From NCBI GenBank assembly GCA_964035545.1, contig OZ037765.1, positions 12,844,698 to 12,908,697 on the forward strand: 64,000 nt of DNA, written 5' to 3'. Below are positions 28,261-38,679 of the stretch, one piece after another. The DNA is from Bugula neritina (lineage: Eukaryota; Animalia; Bryozoa). The notes below the pieces were generated by a model. That model made no database searches, had not been told where the DNA came from, and saw only the letters and a program-made list of their open reading frames with translations. The position numbers and the translations under genes are program-made. Positions within the stretch are counted from its first letter, which is position 1, and each line of letters opens with the position of its first letter.

Positions 28261-29264
28261 CACTTTATAACACACACGCAGCTTAGCTATGTGCTAAAGC
28301 CCTTCACATTACAATTAAAATATTCAAACTTAGCTACATGCTAGAATAGATGTATTTCAACATATGATAAACAGAAGACAAAAGCAAAGATAGACATAAG
28401 ATTAAGAGACACTCATAATTTTGCACCTGTAGGTGTTAGCAGAGTATTCTAATTTTTACGAGGTAAGTAAGTGTAAAACTAAATCTATCTTCAAGTTCAT
28501 CTTGAATTTTTATTTGATATTTCAATTTGAATTTATAGTTAAAGTTAGTGTTACACCAACACTTCCAGTGGCTTTGGTCATGATATTTATAAATTCATCA
28601 TGGTAATGAGCTTATAATGACAATCCTAGCTTATTTTGATATAGTTGCACTTGTGTTAACCTCTTGTTGAACGCATTATTTTACAACATAGGTATGCTAT
28701 ATGAACGAGTGCAAAAAGTATTACCCAATATAAATATAGCATTATTTAGTATATATTATATCATTTCACTTGTTAATAATTGCCCCCTCCTACCTCATAA
28801 ATCTAGTTTTCATGAGATTTAGTACATTTGGTAGATTCATATGCGGTAGTTTCAATAAATTCGAATCCTTTGCCTCTCAATATAAACTACTCACTGTCTA
28901 TAATGTTTTTGTTGAAATGCTGGCATATAATTTGGTATGCTGTAAAATTCATCTCTGACAAATACTAAATTTTTGTAGAAGGGACAAGTAGATCAATGAT
29001 CTCAGAAATTATAGTAAGCAGTCAACTAAGTTGTTGAAGTAGTAACCTCGATCAAATTATTTACTTATTATTGTTACTTTGACAAAAATATACTCAGTTT
29101 TAGCATGTTAGCATAAAATCATAGCTTAGTATTAGCTAATAAGAAGTTGTAAGATGATTTTTTTCTGTATTTTATAAGACAAGATGAAGATGATCAAAAT
29201 TAACATTTCATTTTCTCTTAAGTTATGTCTATAATAAGTATTGATAGATGACTACCTCTATTAT

Positions 29265-29409
29265 TGTGTGATTGGTGCGTAAGAGTACAACAAAGTTGGA
29301 TTGAGTCTAAGCTGATAATTATCGTGATTTATTTCAATTCTAGCTAGTAGGAAAATCCCCGAGCTCAACGAGTCTCGCGGTGAATAATAGCGAGTCAAAC
29401 AACACAACA
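29265..29409 (-). repeat. 3' LTR (145 bp)
   Basis: Identical by eye to 33642-33786; preceded on the minus strand by the polypurine tract at 29410-29420. Confidence 0.97.
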
Positions 29410-29564
29410 TCCCCCTTTCTAAGTGGGTTACAAAAAACATTTATATGTAATCACGTATGCTATTAATTAAGATTGACAATAGTAAGTAAAAAACATGACA
29501 ATATGTATTTTTATGATTGTTCCATAGAAGGCACGAGTGTCTCCGTGGTTAGATCGTCTGGATG

Positions 29565-32500
29565 TTAGTTCATCACATAGTCATCAAATCTCCGGGGCAA
29601 TCTTCGCTCTCTGGATAGAGCACCAAACCTACCCGGAACCGTTGGACTGGCTGTATGGGCCAAAGACGTACCCGAGCCCTCTGCGACCAATGTTCCGGGT
29701 GCCTGCGTTCCTGATGGATTGGCTTTTTTGTTAGCTTTTGGACCAAGCACCTCTGCACCCATGGGAACCGGCGGAGGAGCTTTTGGTTCGAGCACCACGG
29801 GGTCCTCTTCCCGAAGATCTACCAACGCACTTCTGTTTCGGCGTATAACTCCTGTTTCAGTTTTAACCGTGTATGAGTGTGGAGCTACACTTGCCAGAAC
29901 TGTGCCCTGTTTCTTAGTGTCTCTGACATAGACGGGTGAACCTTGAGAAAGTTCAGGCAACAGAGTGGCTTTGTGCCGTTGGTTGTAGTTATTCATGGTC
30001 CTTAGATTTATGTGTTGTTCCTTCTCAGCAATGTCTGGTGGCTTGTGAACCACTCGGGTTTCAGGCATGGAGGGTAGAGTAGTTCGAAGTAGCCTGTTCA
30101 TCAAAAGTTCTGAAGGAGTGAATCCGTTTTCGAGTGGGGTAGCTCTATAGGTTATTAGGCTTAGGTATGGATCTGTAGTTTTGCTCCACAGACGCTTTAC
30201 TGTTCCTACCGCTCTCTCAGCTTCGCCATTGGCTTTTGGATACTTTGGAGAGCTGGTCACGTGTTGAAAACCATAACTCTTGGCAAATTCTTGGAACTCC
30301 CTAGAGCTGAACTGAGGTCCATTGTCAGAAATGACTACCTCCGGAATTCCATGAGTTGAGAAGATGGATTTAACTTTGTCCACAGTGAATGCTGAAGACA
30401 GTGAGTCTAATCTCCTAACTTCTATGTATCTGCTATGGTAATCGCCCACTAACAGATAGTTCTTTTTCTGGAACTCGAACAGGTCTGCACCTAACTTTAT
30501 CCAGGGTTTAGATGGCAAGGTGGATGGCTGCAGAGGCTCTACCGGGGTCGGTGAGTTAATTCTGCACTGTCTACACCCCTGTACCATTTCCTTTATTTGT
30601 TTAGACATTCCCGGCCACCAGATAGCTCTTCTGGCTCTTGCCTGGCATTTTACTATTCCTTGATGGGCCTGGTGAATGCGGTCAAGCAGTTTTAGTCTTA
30701 GGTTGCTAGGGATGACTAGCCGCTGATCATATAAGAGAAGGCCTTTAGATTGTGTCAAATGTCCTTTGACATCCCAGTAAGGGTGTACTGCTGTGTGGGC
30801 ATCTGTTTTATATGTAGGCCATCCTTTTATGATGAGATTCTGGACCTCTTGGCACACAGCATCTAATTGTTGTGCCTCCTTGATTTCTTCGATCATCGGA
30901 TCTATCGAAGGTATAATGGAAGTGCTAGCTTCTAGCTCTTCAACCAGCATCACATCTATGCGAGATGGTATACCAGAGGGTGCTCGCGACAATGCATCTG
31001 CTACGTGGTTGCGAGACCCTGGGATATACTCTATTTCTGGGGCATACCTCATGAGCCGCAGTCTCAATCGGAGAATCCTGGCTGGCACTTGGTCCAAGTC
31101 TTTTACACCCATAAGCCTAACCAAAGGCTTGTGATCCGTCTCTAGAGTGAAAGGTAATCCTCTTAAAAACTGATCAAGCTTGTTGCATGCCCAAGCCATT
31201 GCCAATGCCTCCTTTTCTATTGCGGCGTAATTTTGTTCCACTGAGGTTAAAGACCTTGATGCATAGTATACTGGCCTCCTTGTCCCATCCTTTTGTATTT
31301 GGAACATAGCAGCTCCAAGTCCAGTGTTGCTAGCATCAGTGGCAACAATTGTTTTCAGCTTGGGATCATAGTGTGCTATGACCTGAGCAGACATCAGTGT
31401 TTGCTTTACCTTTTGGAAAGCTTCCTCTTGAGGTTGATTCCATGTCCAAGCCTTACTTTCCTTCAGTAATTCTCTCATGGGAGCTGTGATTTCAGACAGG
31501 TGAGGGATAAACTTAGCTAGCTGATTCAGCATACCATTTAGTCGTCTCAACTCTGTCTTACAGGTAGGGACTGGAAAGTCACGTATTGATGCGACTTTAT
31601 CCGGGTCAGGGCTGACTCCTTTAGCATCTATAATGTGGCCTAAAAACTTCACTTGAGCTTGGCCAATCTCACACTTGTCTTCATTCAATGTGAGTCCTGC
31701 TTCTTCCAGTCTGCTTAAAACCAGCTTTAAGGTTTTATCGTGGCTTTCTGCATCTTTACCATGAACTAGAATATCGTCCATGTGACAGATGACATTCTCT
31801 ATGTCGCCTAGTAGTCTGCACATAGCTCGAGAAAAGATCTCCGGTGCACTAGATATTCCAAATGGAAGTCTGTTGAAACAGAACCGGCCAAAAGGTGTGA
31901 GGAAGGTAGTCAGTTTTCTTGACTCCTTGTCCAAGTGTATTTGCCAGAACCCACTATTGGCATCCAGCTTTGAGAAGATTTTACTTGCCCCCAACAGTCC
32001 AATACTTTCATCGACTGCTGGCATTGGATAGATTTCCCTTCTAACTGCTCTATTCAGGCCAGTCAGGTCCACACACACGCGTACATCTCCTGATGGTTTG
32101 AGGACTGGGACCATTCCACTACACCACTCTGTAGCTTCTGTTACGGGAGAGATAACTCCTTGTTGCGCCATCTCATCTAGCTTTTTCTTAGTTTTGTCTC
32201 GTAATGGAATGGGAATTTTTCTTGGAGTGTAGATGCATGTTGGCTGGTAATCTGGAATTAGTGATATTCTGTATGAGTATCCCTTGAGTGTTCCAAGGCC
32301 TTTAAATAGCTTTGAGAAGCCTGTGTGGAGGTCTTTGGTTATTTCCCCTTGCTGCTTTACTTGGCATGTTATCAGTCCTAACTTTTCACAAGCAGTTCTA
32401 CCGAGTAGAGAGGTTGACTGATTTTGAATTACGTAGGCTGTCTCCTTGTACTTCTGACTTTTATATTGAAGATCTGCCTCAAAAGTTCCTAAGACTTGGA

Positions 32501-33617
32501 GTTGCTTTCCTCCAGGTCCATACAAGCGGACTCCTGTAGTTTGCAGTGAAATAGTAGACAGCCAAGGTAGTTTGTCACTGACTACTGTACCATCTGCACC
32601 TGTATCGAGCTTGAAAGTAGTACAGTTACCATTTACTGCTACTTCGGCTTTCCAAGCATCCACAGTTAGGTTTTCTATTTTGAACTCTCCTGTGAACATT
32701 ATACCATCGCCATTACTTGCTTCGGTCACCTCCTGGATGGATCTACTTCTGCATTGCCGCTGGAAGTGGCCTACTTTTTTGCACTTCCTGCATTGAGCAT
32801 CCTTAGCTGGGCATTCCGCTTTTGAATGTGGTTCCTTACCGCACCTTTTACAATGATCCTGGCTGTTTGTAGGCTTGTACATCTGAGAGTTAACTGGCAG
32901 CTGAACAGCACCTCCCTGCTTGCGTGTATAGCTTGGTTTGCTTTGCTTATATTTAGGGTAGCTGCTTTGTGCTTTACTTATAGCCTCTACAGACCCTGAG
33001 CTTGCTCCTTTTGTTACACTTTGCATCACAGTTGAAGTGACTTCACTGCTCCTACAAATACGTACTGCCTGGTCTAGTGTTAGAGTGTTACCCTGAGAAA
33101 TTAATTTCTTTCTAAGAGAGTCATCTCTAATTCCTAGAACAATTCGATCTCTCAGCATCTCATCAAATGGTGCTGGTGCCTCATCAGTGGCAGGTCGGTA
33201 ATTAAATCCACATTTATCTGCTAGCGCACGTAATTCTGAGTAAAAAGCATCAAAATTCTCTCCTTGTAATTGACACCTTGTATTAAATTTATAACGTTCG
33301 TGCACTATATTTCGTTCTCCTACACAGTATTGCTCCAAAATGTCTATTATCGCTGCTAGACTCTTATCATTCTGATATTTGTGACTTGACTCTACCACTC
33401 GGCATGCATCATCACCAATTGTATATAATAGCAATGCTCTCTGGTAGTCATCACTTTCCTCCGAAAGTCTAGACAGAATGTAAAACGATTGCCACCGGCT
33501 TTTAAATCTTCTGAAGTTTTGCTCACGCTCACAATTCAAAACGATCTCACCTGGTGGTTCGATTCTGGGTGCATTCCTATGCACAATTATTTGTTGCTGA
33601 ACTTCTTCATCGCCCAT
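29565..33617 (-). CDS. Gag-Pol polyprotein, 1350 aa
   Basis: Two CX2CX4HX4C knuckles, protease LDTGA, RT (LDANSGFWQI, LPFGI, CHMDDILV), RNase H (TDAS...EKE...TDHKPL), integrase (H-H-C-C; D, SDNG, E). The order PR-RT-RH-IN indicates Gypsy; no env seen. Confidence 0.97.
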   Translation of the reverse strand: MGDEEVQQQIIVHRNAPRIEPPGEIVLNCEREQNFRRFKSRWQSFYILSRLSEESDDYQRALLLYTIGDDACRVVESSHKYQNDKSLAAIIDILEQYCVGERNIVHERYKFNTRCQLQGENFDAFYSELRALADKCGFNYRPATDEAPAPFDEMLRDRIVLGIRDDSLRKKLISQGNTLTLDQAVRICRSSEVTSTVMQSVTKGASSGSVEAISKAQSSYPKYKQSKPSYTRKQGGAVQLPVNSQMYKPTNSQDHCKRCGKEPHSKAECPAKDAQCRKCKKVGHFQRQCRSRSIQEVTEASNGDGIMFTGEFKIENLTVDAWKAEVAVNGNCTTFKLDTGADGTVVSDKLPWLSTISLQTTGVRLYGPGGKQLQVLGTFEADLQYKSQKYKETAYVIQNQSTSLLGRTACEKLGLITCQVKQQGEITKDLHTGFSKLFKGLGTLKGYSYRISLIPDYQPTCIYTPRKIPIPLRDKTKKKLDEMAQQGVISPVTEATEWCSGMVPVLKPSGDVRVCVDLTGLNRAVRREIYPMPAVDESIGLLGASKIFSKLDANSGFWQIHLDKESRKLTTFLTPFGRFCFNRLPFGISSAPEIFSRAMCRLLGDIENVICHMDDILVHGKDAESHDKTLKLVLSRLEEAGLTLNEDKCEIGQAQVKFLGHIIDAKGVSPDPDKVASIRDFPVPTCKTELRRLNGMLNQLAKFIPHLSEITAPMRELLKESKAWTWNQPQEEAFQKVKQTLMSAQVIAHYDPKLKTIVATDASNTGLGAAMFQIQKDGTRRPVYYASRSLTSVEQNYAAIEKEALAMAWACNKLDQFLRGLPFTLETDHKPLVRLMGVKDLDQVPARILRLRLRLMRYAPEIEYIPGSRNHVADALSRAPSGIPSRIDVMLVEELEASTSIIPSIDPMIEEIKEAQQLDAVCQEVQNLIIKGWPTYKTDAHTAVHPYWDVKGHLTQSKGLLLYDQRLVIPSNLRLKLLDRIHQAHQGIVKCQARARRAIWWPGMSKQIKEMVQGCRQCRINSPTPVEPLQPSTLPSKPWIKLGADLFEFQKKNYLLVGDYHSRYIEVRRLDSLSSAFTVDKVKSIFSTHGIPEVVISDNGPQFSSREFQEFAKSYGFQHVTSSPKYPKANGEAERAVGTVKRLWSKTTDPYLSLITYRATPLENGFTPSELLMNRLLRTTLPSMPETRVVHKPPDIAEKEQHINLRTMNNYNQRHKATLLPELSQGSPVYVRDTKKQGTVLASVAPHSYTVKTETGVIRRNRSALVDLREEDPVVLEPKAPPPVPMGAEVLGPKANKKANPSGTQAPGTLVAEGSGTSLAHTASPTVPGRFGALSRERRLPRRFDDYVMN

Positions 33618-33629
33618 TATTAGTTTTAA

Positions 33630-33641
33630 CTGCTGCCACCA
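33630..33641 (-). promoter_or_regulatory. Primer-binding site, probably tRNA-Leu
   Basis: TGGTGGCAGCAG abuts the 5' LTR and is complementary to a ...GCUGCCA-CCA 3' end, as found in metazoan tRNA-Leu. Confidence 0.75.
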
Positions 33642-33786
33642 TGTGTGATTGGTGCGTAAGAGTACAACAAAGTTGGATTGAGTCTAAGCTGATAATTATC
33701 GTGATTTATTTCAATTCTAGCTAGTAGGAAAATCCCCGAGCTCAACGAGTCTCGCGGTGAATAATAGCGAGTCAAACAACACAACA
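33642..33786 (-). repeat. 5' LTR (145 bp)
   Basis: Followed on the minus strand by the PBS; contains a minus-strand AATAAA. Confidence 0.97.
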
Positions 33787-34293
33787 ATTATAAGCTAAGT
33801 TGTGATTTTAGTAGTTGGTAATTTGATAGGAACACAACAATGACCAAAATGCGCTGGAACTTTACTTCACTAAAAAAAATTGATTCTCTTTACAATATTC
33901 TATCAGCTGCTCTGCATTGTCACATTTGAAGCATTCAATTTACTATTCCTTTATTGTTCCAAAATTCAATTCAGGTGGAATTTCTAATTAGAGACTAGGG
34001 GACAGTTACTATGACTGGCCCAACAGTTCAATTTTTTTGTAGTAGCAGATAACAATACTTGTAAACTTGATTTGCTGAGCAATGTTTATTTGTCATTGTT
34101 TTATGTCGCTATTTGTAAATATTTTTTAGGGGAGTACATCATTCAAAGTTTCAACAGATTGGATATTCAACTGGTCTCATCTAAAATATAGGCTTTTATG
34201 CTCACGCTGTGAGCTGATCAGTATGGTCTTTTTTCTAGACCCGCAAATTGAGCACAGATGAAATATATACCTGAAGTAAAATAATACTTTACC

Positions 34294-37200
34294 ATGGAGC
34301 AAGCTTTTTTGGTGCACTGTATGCACTTTTTAGTATATTTGTGCTCAATTTCTTTCCTTCAACAGCAAGTGCTAGGATTACAATTTGACCAACAAGATTT
34401 TCATCAACACAACCGCCAACATGAATTCCTTAATAAGAAAGACTTGCATCATACTTACAGGTGAGAATTTTGTCAATGTCTTACATGCAACTGTTGAATA
34501 AAATATTTTTTCTTCCTAATATTGCCATTGAGAAATACACATATATAAATTCTGGAATTTTATACAGTTTTCTTAATATACAGTAAAATAGATCAACTGA
34601 ATTAAGTTTTGCATGCTAGTGGCCTGCATATCAACAGAAGTCTGATCTAATTTATACATTCGTACCATACGACACTTTTTACAGATGTTTGTTATTTTCA
34701 GAGAGAAGGCTAAAAGGATGTTTTATCATGCATATGATGGCTACATGCAGTATGCATATCCTCTAGATGAATTAAGACCAATTACATGCGATGGTCATGA
34801 TACATGGGGAAGGTAGGAACCGGAAACTTAATAGATTCCTAAAGTTAGCAAGAGTACATCTGTGAGTAACTCAATACTTGATAGCAAAAGCAGGGTATTG
34901 ATCTCAATGAAGAAACTGACATATATCTTGACATTGAAAGCTAAAAGATTTTTTCTTTTACTTAGAATTCTTAGTTTGCACCAAAATAGAATAATTGCTT
35001 TAATTTTAACAATGAAATCATTTTAGTTTTAGTAAAAAGAAAAAAGACGAACAATTATATTTGGTTCAAGAAATTGCTACAGTAAATTTGTACTTCCTTT
35101 GCATTTCACTGGATTAGGATGTTGAATGCTGTAAGATCTGCAATCGCAAATGTTTTCTCTATGAACTTTCCAAAATGTTCAATTAATATGCCATCTTATC
35201 TTTTATTAACAATTGAATATTATCAACATTTTAGCTATTCTCTTTCATTAATTGACGCTTTGGATACTCTGATTGTGTTGGGAAACTATTCCGAATTTAG
35301 AAGAGTGGTGGATATAATTTTGACCAAGTCAGATTTTGATAAAGATATAAATGTGTCTGTGTTTGAAACGAATATTAGAGGTAAGTCATCAACTTGTTTT
35401 TTAAACTTCTAGCTTTTCTACTGTCCATATGTAAATTAAGCTAATGTTAGAGTTTTGTAGTTGTGGCTAAAATAGTTATATAACTAATAATTTTTCAAAT
35501 GTACTAGAAATCACATTCTATAAACCTGTATGATTATAGTTGTAGGTGGATTGCTTTCTGCACATTTGTTTTCTTATCGTGGTGGTCTTGGCTTAGAACC
35601 AGGGTGGCCATGCAGTGGTCCCTTATTGCGCTTGGCAGAGAATCTTGCAAGACGTTTGCTACCAGGTTGGTTATCTGTTTTATATTTCAATACTTTTTGT
35701 CTACTGTTACTGACTGCTGTTAAAACTTGTCTATAGCTATTTCACAGCCGGTTGCTATAGTAACTTTGTTAACAGAGACTTGGACTATTATGAAAAACTC
35801 CTGTGTTCTATTGTCAATATCCGCATAAGAAACCATGATGGTAAGAAAAAACCTCACGCAAGTTTATAGTCGCCATCCCCGTGAGAAAACCTCTGATGGA
35901 AGGGTTTTTTGTTAAATTGGGTCAAAGACTTTCAGATGGGGCACAGGAGCAATTATGCTCTTTCTAACATTACCAATGGCCTTTGTCGGGGCTTGAACCC
36001 ATGACTTCGTGCTTACCAGGCAAACGCTCTTAACTCCTAGACCGCGGCTGCTACCTAAACCTTAAAGGTTAGGGTTTTGAAAAAATTAGGCTAAGGACCT
36101 TTTTCTAAAGTGGCACAGGAGCAATTACTCTTCTTAACATTGCTGCTGATCTTGAGGCTCCAACCACTGACCTCGTGCTTCATTGAGTCATCGCTTTAAC
36201 CATTAGACAATGGGAGCAGCTGGTTTAGTGGTTAAAACACTGGCTTAGTAAACACAAGGTCAGTCAGTAATTCAATCCCAGTAAAGGTGATGTAAGGAAG
36301 AGCATTCAGTCATAATTTTCTTTTGTCATAGAGATGGCGACAATAAAGCCAAGTGAATTTTTTTGGATTGTTATGAGACTTTAAATGTATAGAACATGTT
36401 CCAGCATTTGATACTCCGACAAGTATGCCTTATGGTACTGTGAACTTGAAGTATGGAGTGCCAGTTGGGGAGACTCCAGTGACTTGCACTGCTGGTGTTG
36501 GAACATTTATGGTAGAATTTGGTGCTCTCTCAAGGTTAACTGGTGATCCAATCTTTGAAAATGTTGCATCCCGAGCTATGAACGCCCTGTGGAAGGCTAG
36601 AAGTCCCATAGGCCTGGTTGGTTTCACTTGCTTATTTTTTAAATCTTCAACTGAATATGACCTAGTGTTTTAACTAGTTTAGGCTTGAAAATAGTTTTAA
36701 ATGGCTTGATGCATAGTTGTCTTCTATTGTGTAGTGCTGCTTTATATTATAGAGATCTATAATAATTGCATTAGAAAAATAACATTCGTGTTATAGGAAA
36801 GTGTCCTTTGAATTTAGGCATTGTGTTTTTTGTTGCAGCTTCACAATATATTCCATATTGCTTTATAATTAGTGACAGCATTTACATAACTTTACGACTT
36901 AGCCATTTATACATATGCATTTCTTGTAGTATTAATATTATTATTTATCAATGTATTATATTAGGTTGGCAATCACATAAATGTGAAAACAGGGGCATGG
37001 GTAGCTCATGATTCAGGTATAGGAGCAGGTGTGGATTCCTATTTTGAATACTTACTAAAATCTGGTGCTATGTTTCGTAACTCCGACTACTTAACTCAGT
37101 TACAAGGTAAAAATTATATGCTGTTGGTACAAGTTAGTTTTGTTCTCAATTGTCTTGGTAAATAAACTAACTGATACTTTTTAAATGCTTATATGGGAGA

Positions 37201-38384
37201 CCTGTGATTACCTATATCAATCTTTTCATTACAGAATACATAGAAAAATTTGAAGAAACCTTAAAAAAGGATGATTGGTACCTGTGGGTAAATATGAAAA
37301 GTGGAGCAGTTACTTTACCGGTTTTTCAATCACTGGAAGCGTTTTGGCCTGGCATACAGGTGACTGTTTGAGTTATGTCAGCGATTTTACTTTCAAGACG
37401 ATTTCAACCATATTATGTTCATTCCACATTTCACCAGCCTTTTTTTAATGAGATGGCAGAAAATACCATTGAATTATATTTACAGAGTATGATGGGAGAG
37501 GCAGACAAAGGACTTAAGACAATTCTCAACTACTTTCAAGTGTGGGAACAGTTTGGAGCTACACCAGAGTTTTATAGTTTAACTAAGTTGAGCCCTACTA
37601 AAGGTCGTGAAGGTTATCCGCTTAGACCAGGTGAGGCACCAAATATATATATATGTGAATTTATTCATTTAAATAATATATGTATACTTCTATATTAATC
37701 TAATTAGTGACTGTAATTTATGTACAAAATGAAACAATAAAATGCTGAATGGAATGCTGTAACACCAATGAATCAGTTCTCATGTAAACGTATTGTTTAG
37801 AGCTAGTGGAGAGTGCCATGTACATCTATCAAGCTACAAAAGACCCACAGATGCTGCATATCGGTGCGAGTATCTTGGACGCTATCGACAGCATAGCTAA
37901 GACAGACTGTGGTTATGCCGTGGTGCACGACGTCACGACACACAAGCTGGCAAACAGAATGGAGTCATTCTTTCTGGCAGAAACAACTAAATACTTATAC
38001 TTGTTGTTTGATGATGAAAACTTCATACATAACAGTGGGTCTGAAGGTACGGTTATTCCGACAGCAAATGGTGAATGCATAATTGATGCTGGTGGCTACA
38101 TATTCAACACGGAGGCACACCCAATAGACGTTGCTGCCTTAGATTGCTGCTACAACCCACCAGATAAACAGTATAAAGAATTTTTAGATAACATAAATAT
38201 AGAAAATATACTTGAACTTGCAACATCAGCAAAGAGACATGACTTAACAGAAACTGAGGATTACGATATTTTTGAAGAATCCCAGGATATGCAAAAAATG
38301 AAGGTTAATGAAAATTTATACACATGCAAGGTTGAACCACTGGCTCACATGTTTTCATTATATGGTGAAACGATACCTGATTGA
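34294..38384 (+). CDS. EDEM2: ER degradation-enhancing alpha-mannosidase-like protein 2 (GH47)
   Basis: Exons ~34294-34460 (signal peptide), 34702-34812 ([31 protein letters not shown]), 35235-35380 ([11 protein letters not shown]...VSVFETNIR), 35540-35665 ([13 protein letters not shown]), 36405-36615, 36965-37106, 37234-37359, 37486-37630 (GYPLRP), 37801-38384 (ELVES...[19 protein letters not shown]...YIFNTEAHP). Confidence 0.95.
35875..36051 (-). mobile_element. tRNA-derived SINE, copy A (best preserved)
   Basis: Minus strand begins GCAGCCGCGGTCTAGGAGTTAAGAGCG (A-box-like), then GGTTCAAGCC (B-box), then a non-tRNA body (GAGCATAATTGCTCCTGTGCC) shared with other copies in the window. Confidence 0.75.
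36085..36340. mobile_element. Two further degenerate SINE copies, head-to-head (minus ~36085-36215, plus ~36215-36340)
   Basis: Share the GGCACAGGAGCAATTA body and the GG(T)TTAGTGGTTAA / TTCAATCC head motifs with copy A. Confidence 0.6.
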
Positions 38385-38679
38385 TGTTTACATTGTCTCG
38401 GCTTTGTATTTATTTATTTGAAATAAAATTTGAAACTGTATCAGTAACTTTTCATAAAAGAAATGTACATATGCATGTGTAATATAATATAGTAAATGTG
38501 TTTACTAGCAGGAATCTATGACAATCTATGAAAACATGTCACTTGAATGGAAATGATGTTCAGCATTCTAAAATATATTTTCGCTCATTTAGTTAGACTA
38601 GATATTATATACAAAATAGGACAGAATTGTTGTATCATAAAAATTTAATGGCCAAACCATAAAATTCTAATGACTAGGT

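Larger units (their letters stand above)
29265..33786 (-). mobile_element. Intact Ty3/Gypsy LTR retrotransposon (Mag-like), 4522 bp
   Basis: Identical 145-bp TG...CA LTRs at 29265-29409 and 33642-33786; 5-bp TSD ATTAT at 29260-29264 and 33787-33791; PBS TGGTGGCAGCAG; PPT AGAAAGGGGGA; single gag-pol ORF. Confidence 0.97.

Noticed and set aside
29537-32796. Plus-strand ORFs within the retrotransposon
   Set aside because: Antisense shadows of the gag-pol ORF with no recognisable domains.
35975-36051. Genuine tRNA gene
   Set aside because: A/B boxes are present but no clean cloverleaf or acceptor stem; it continues into a SINE body repeated elsewhere in the window.
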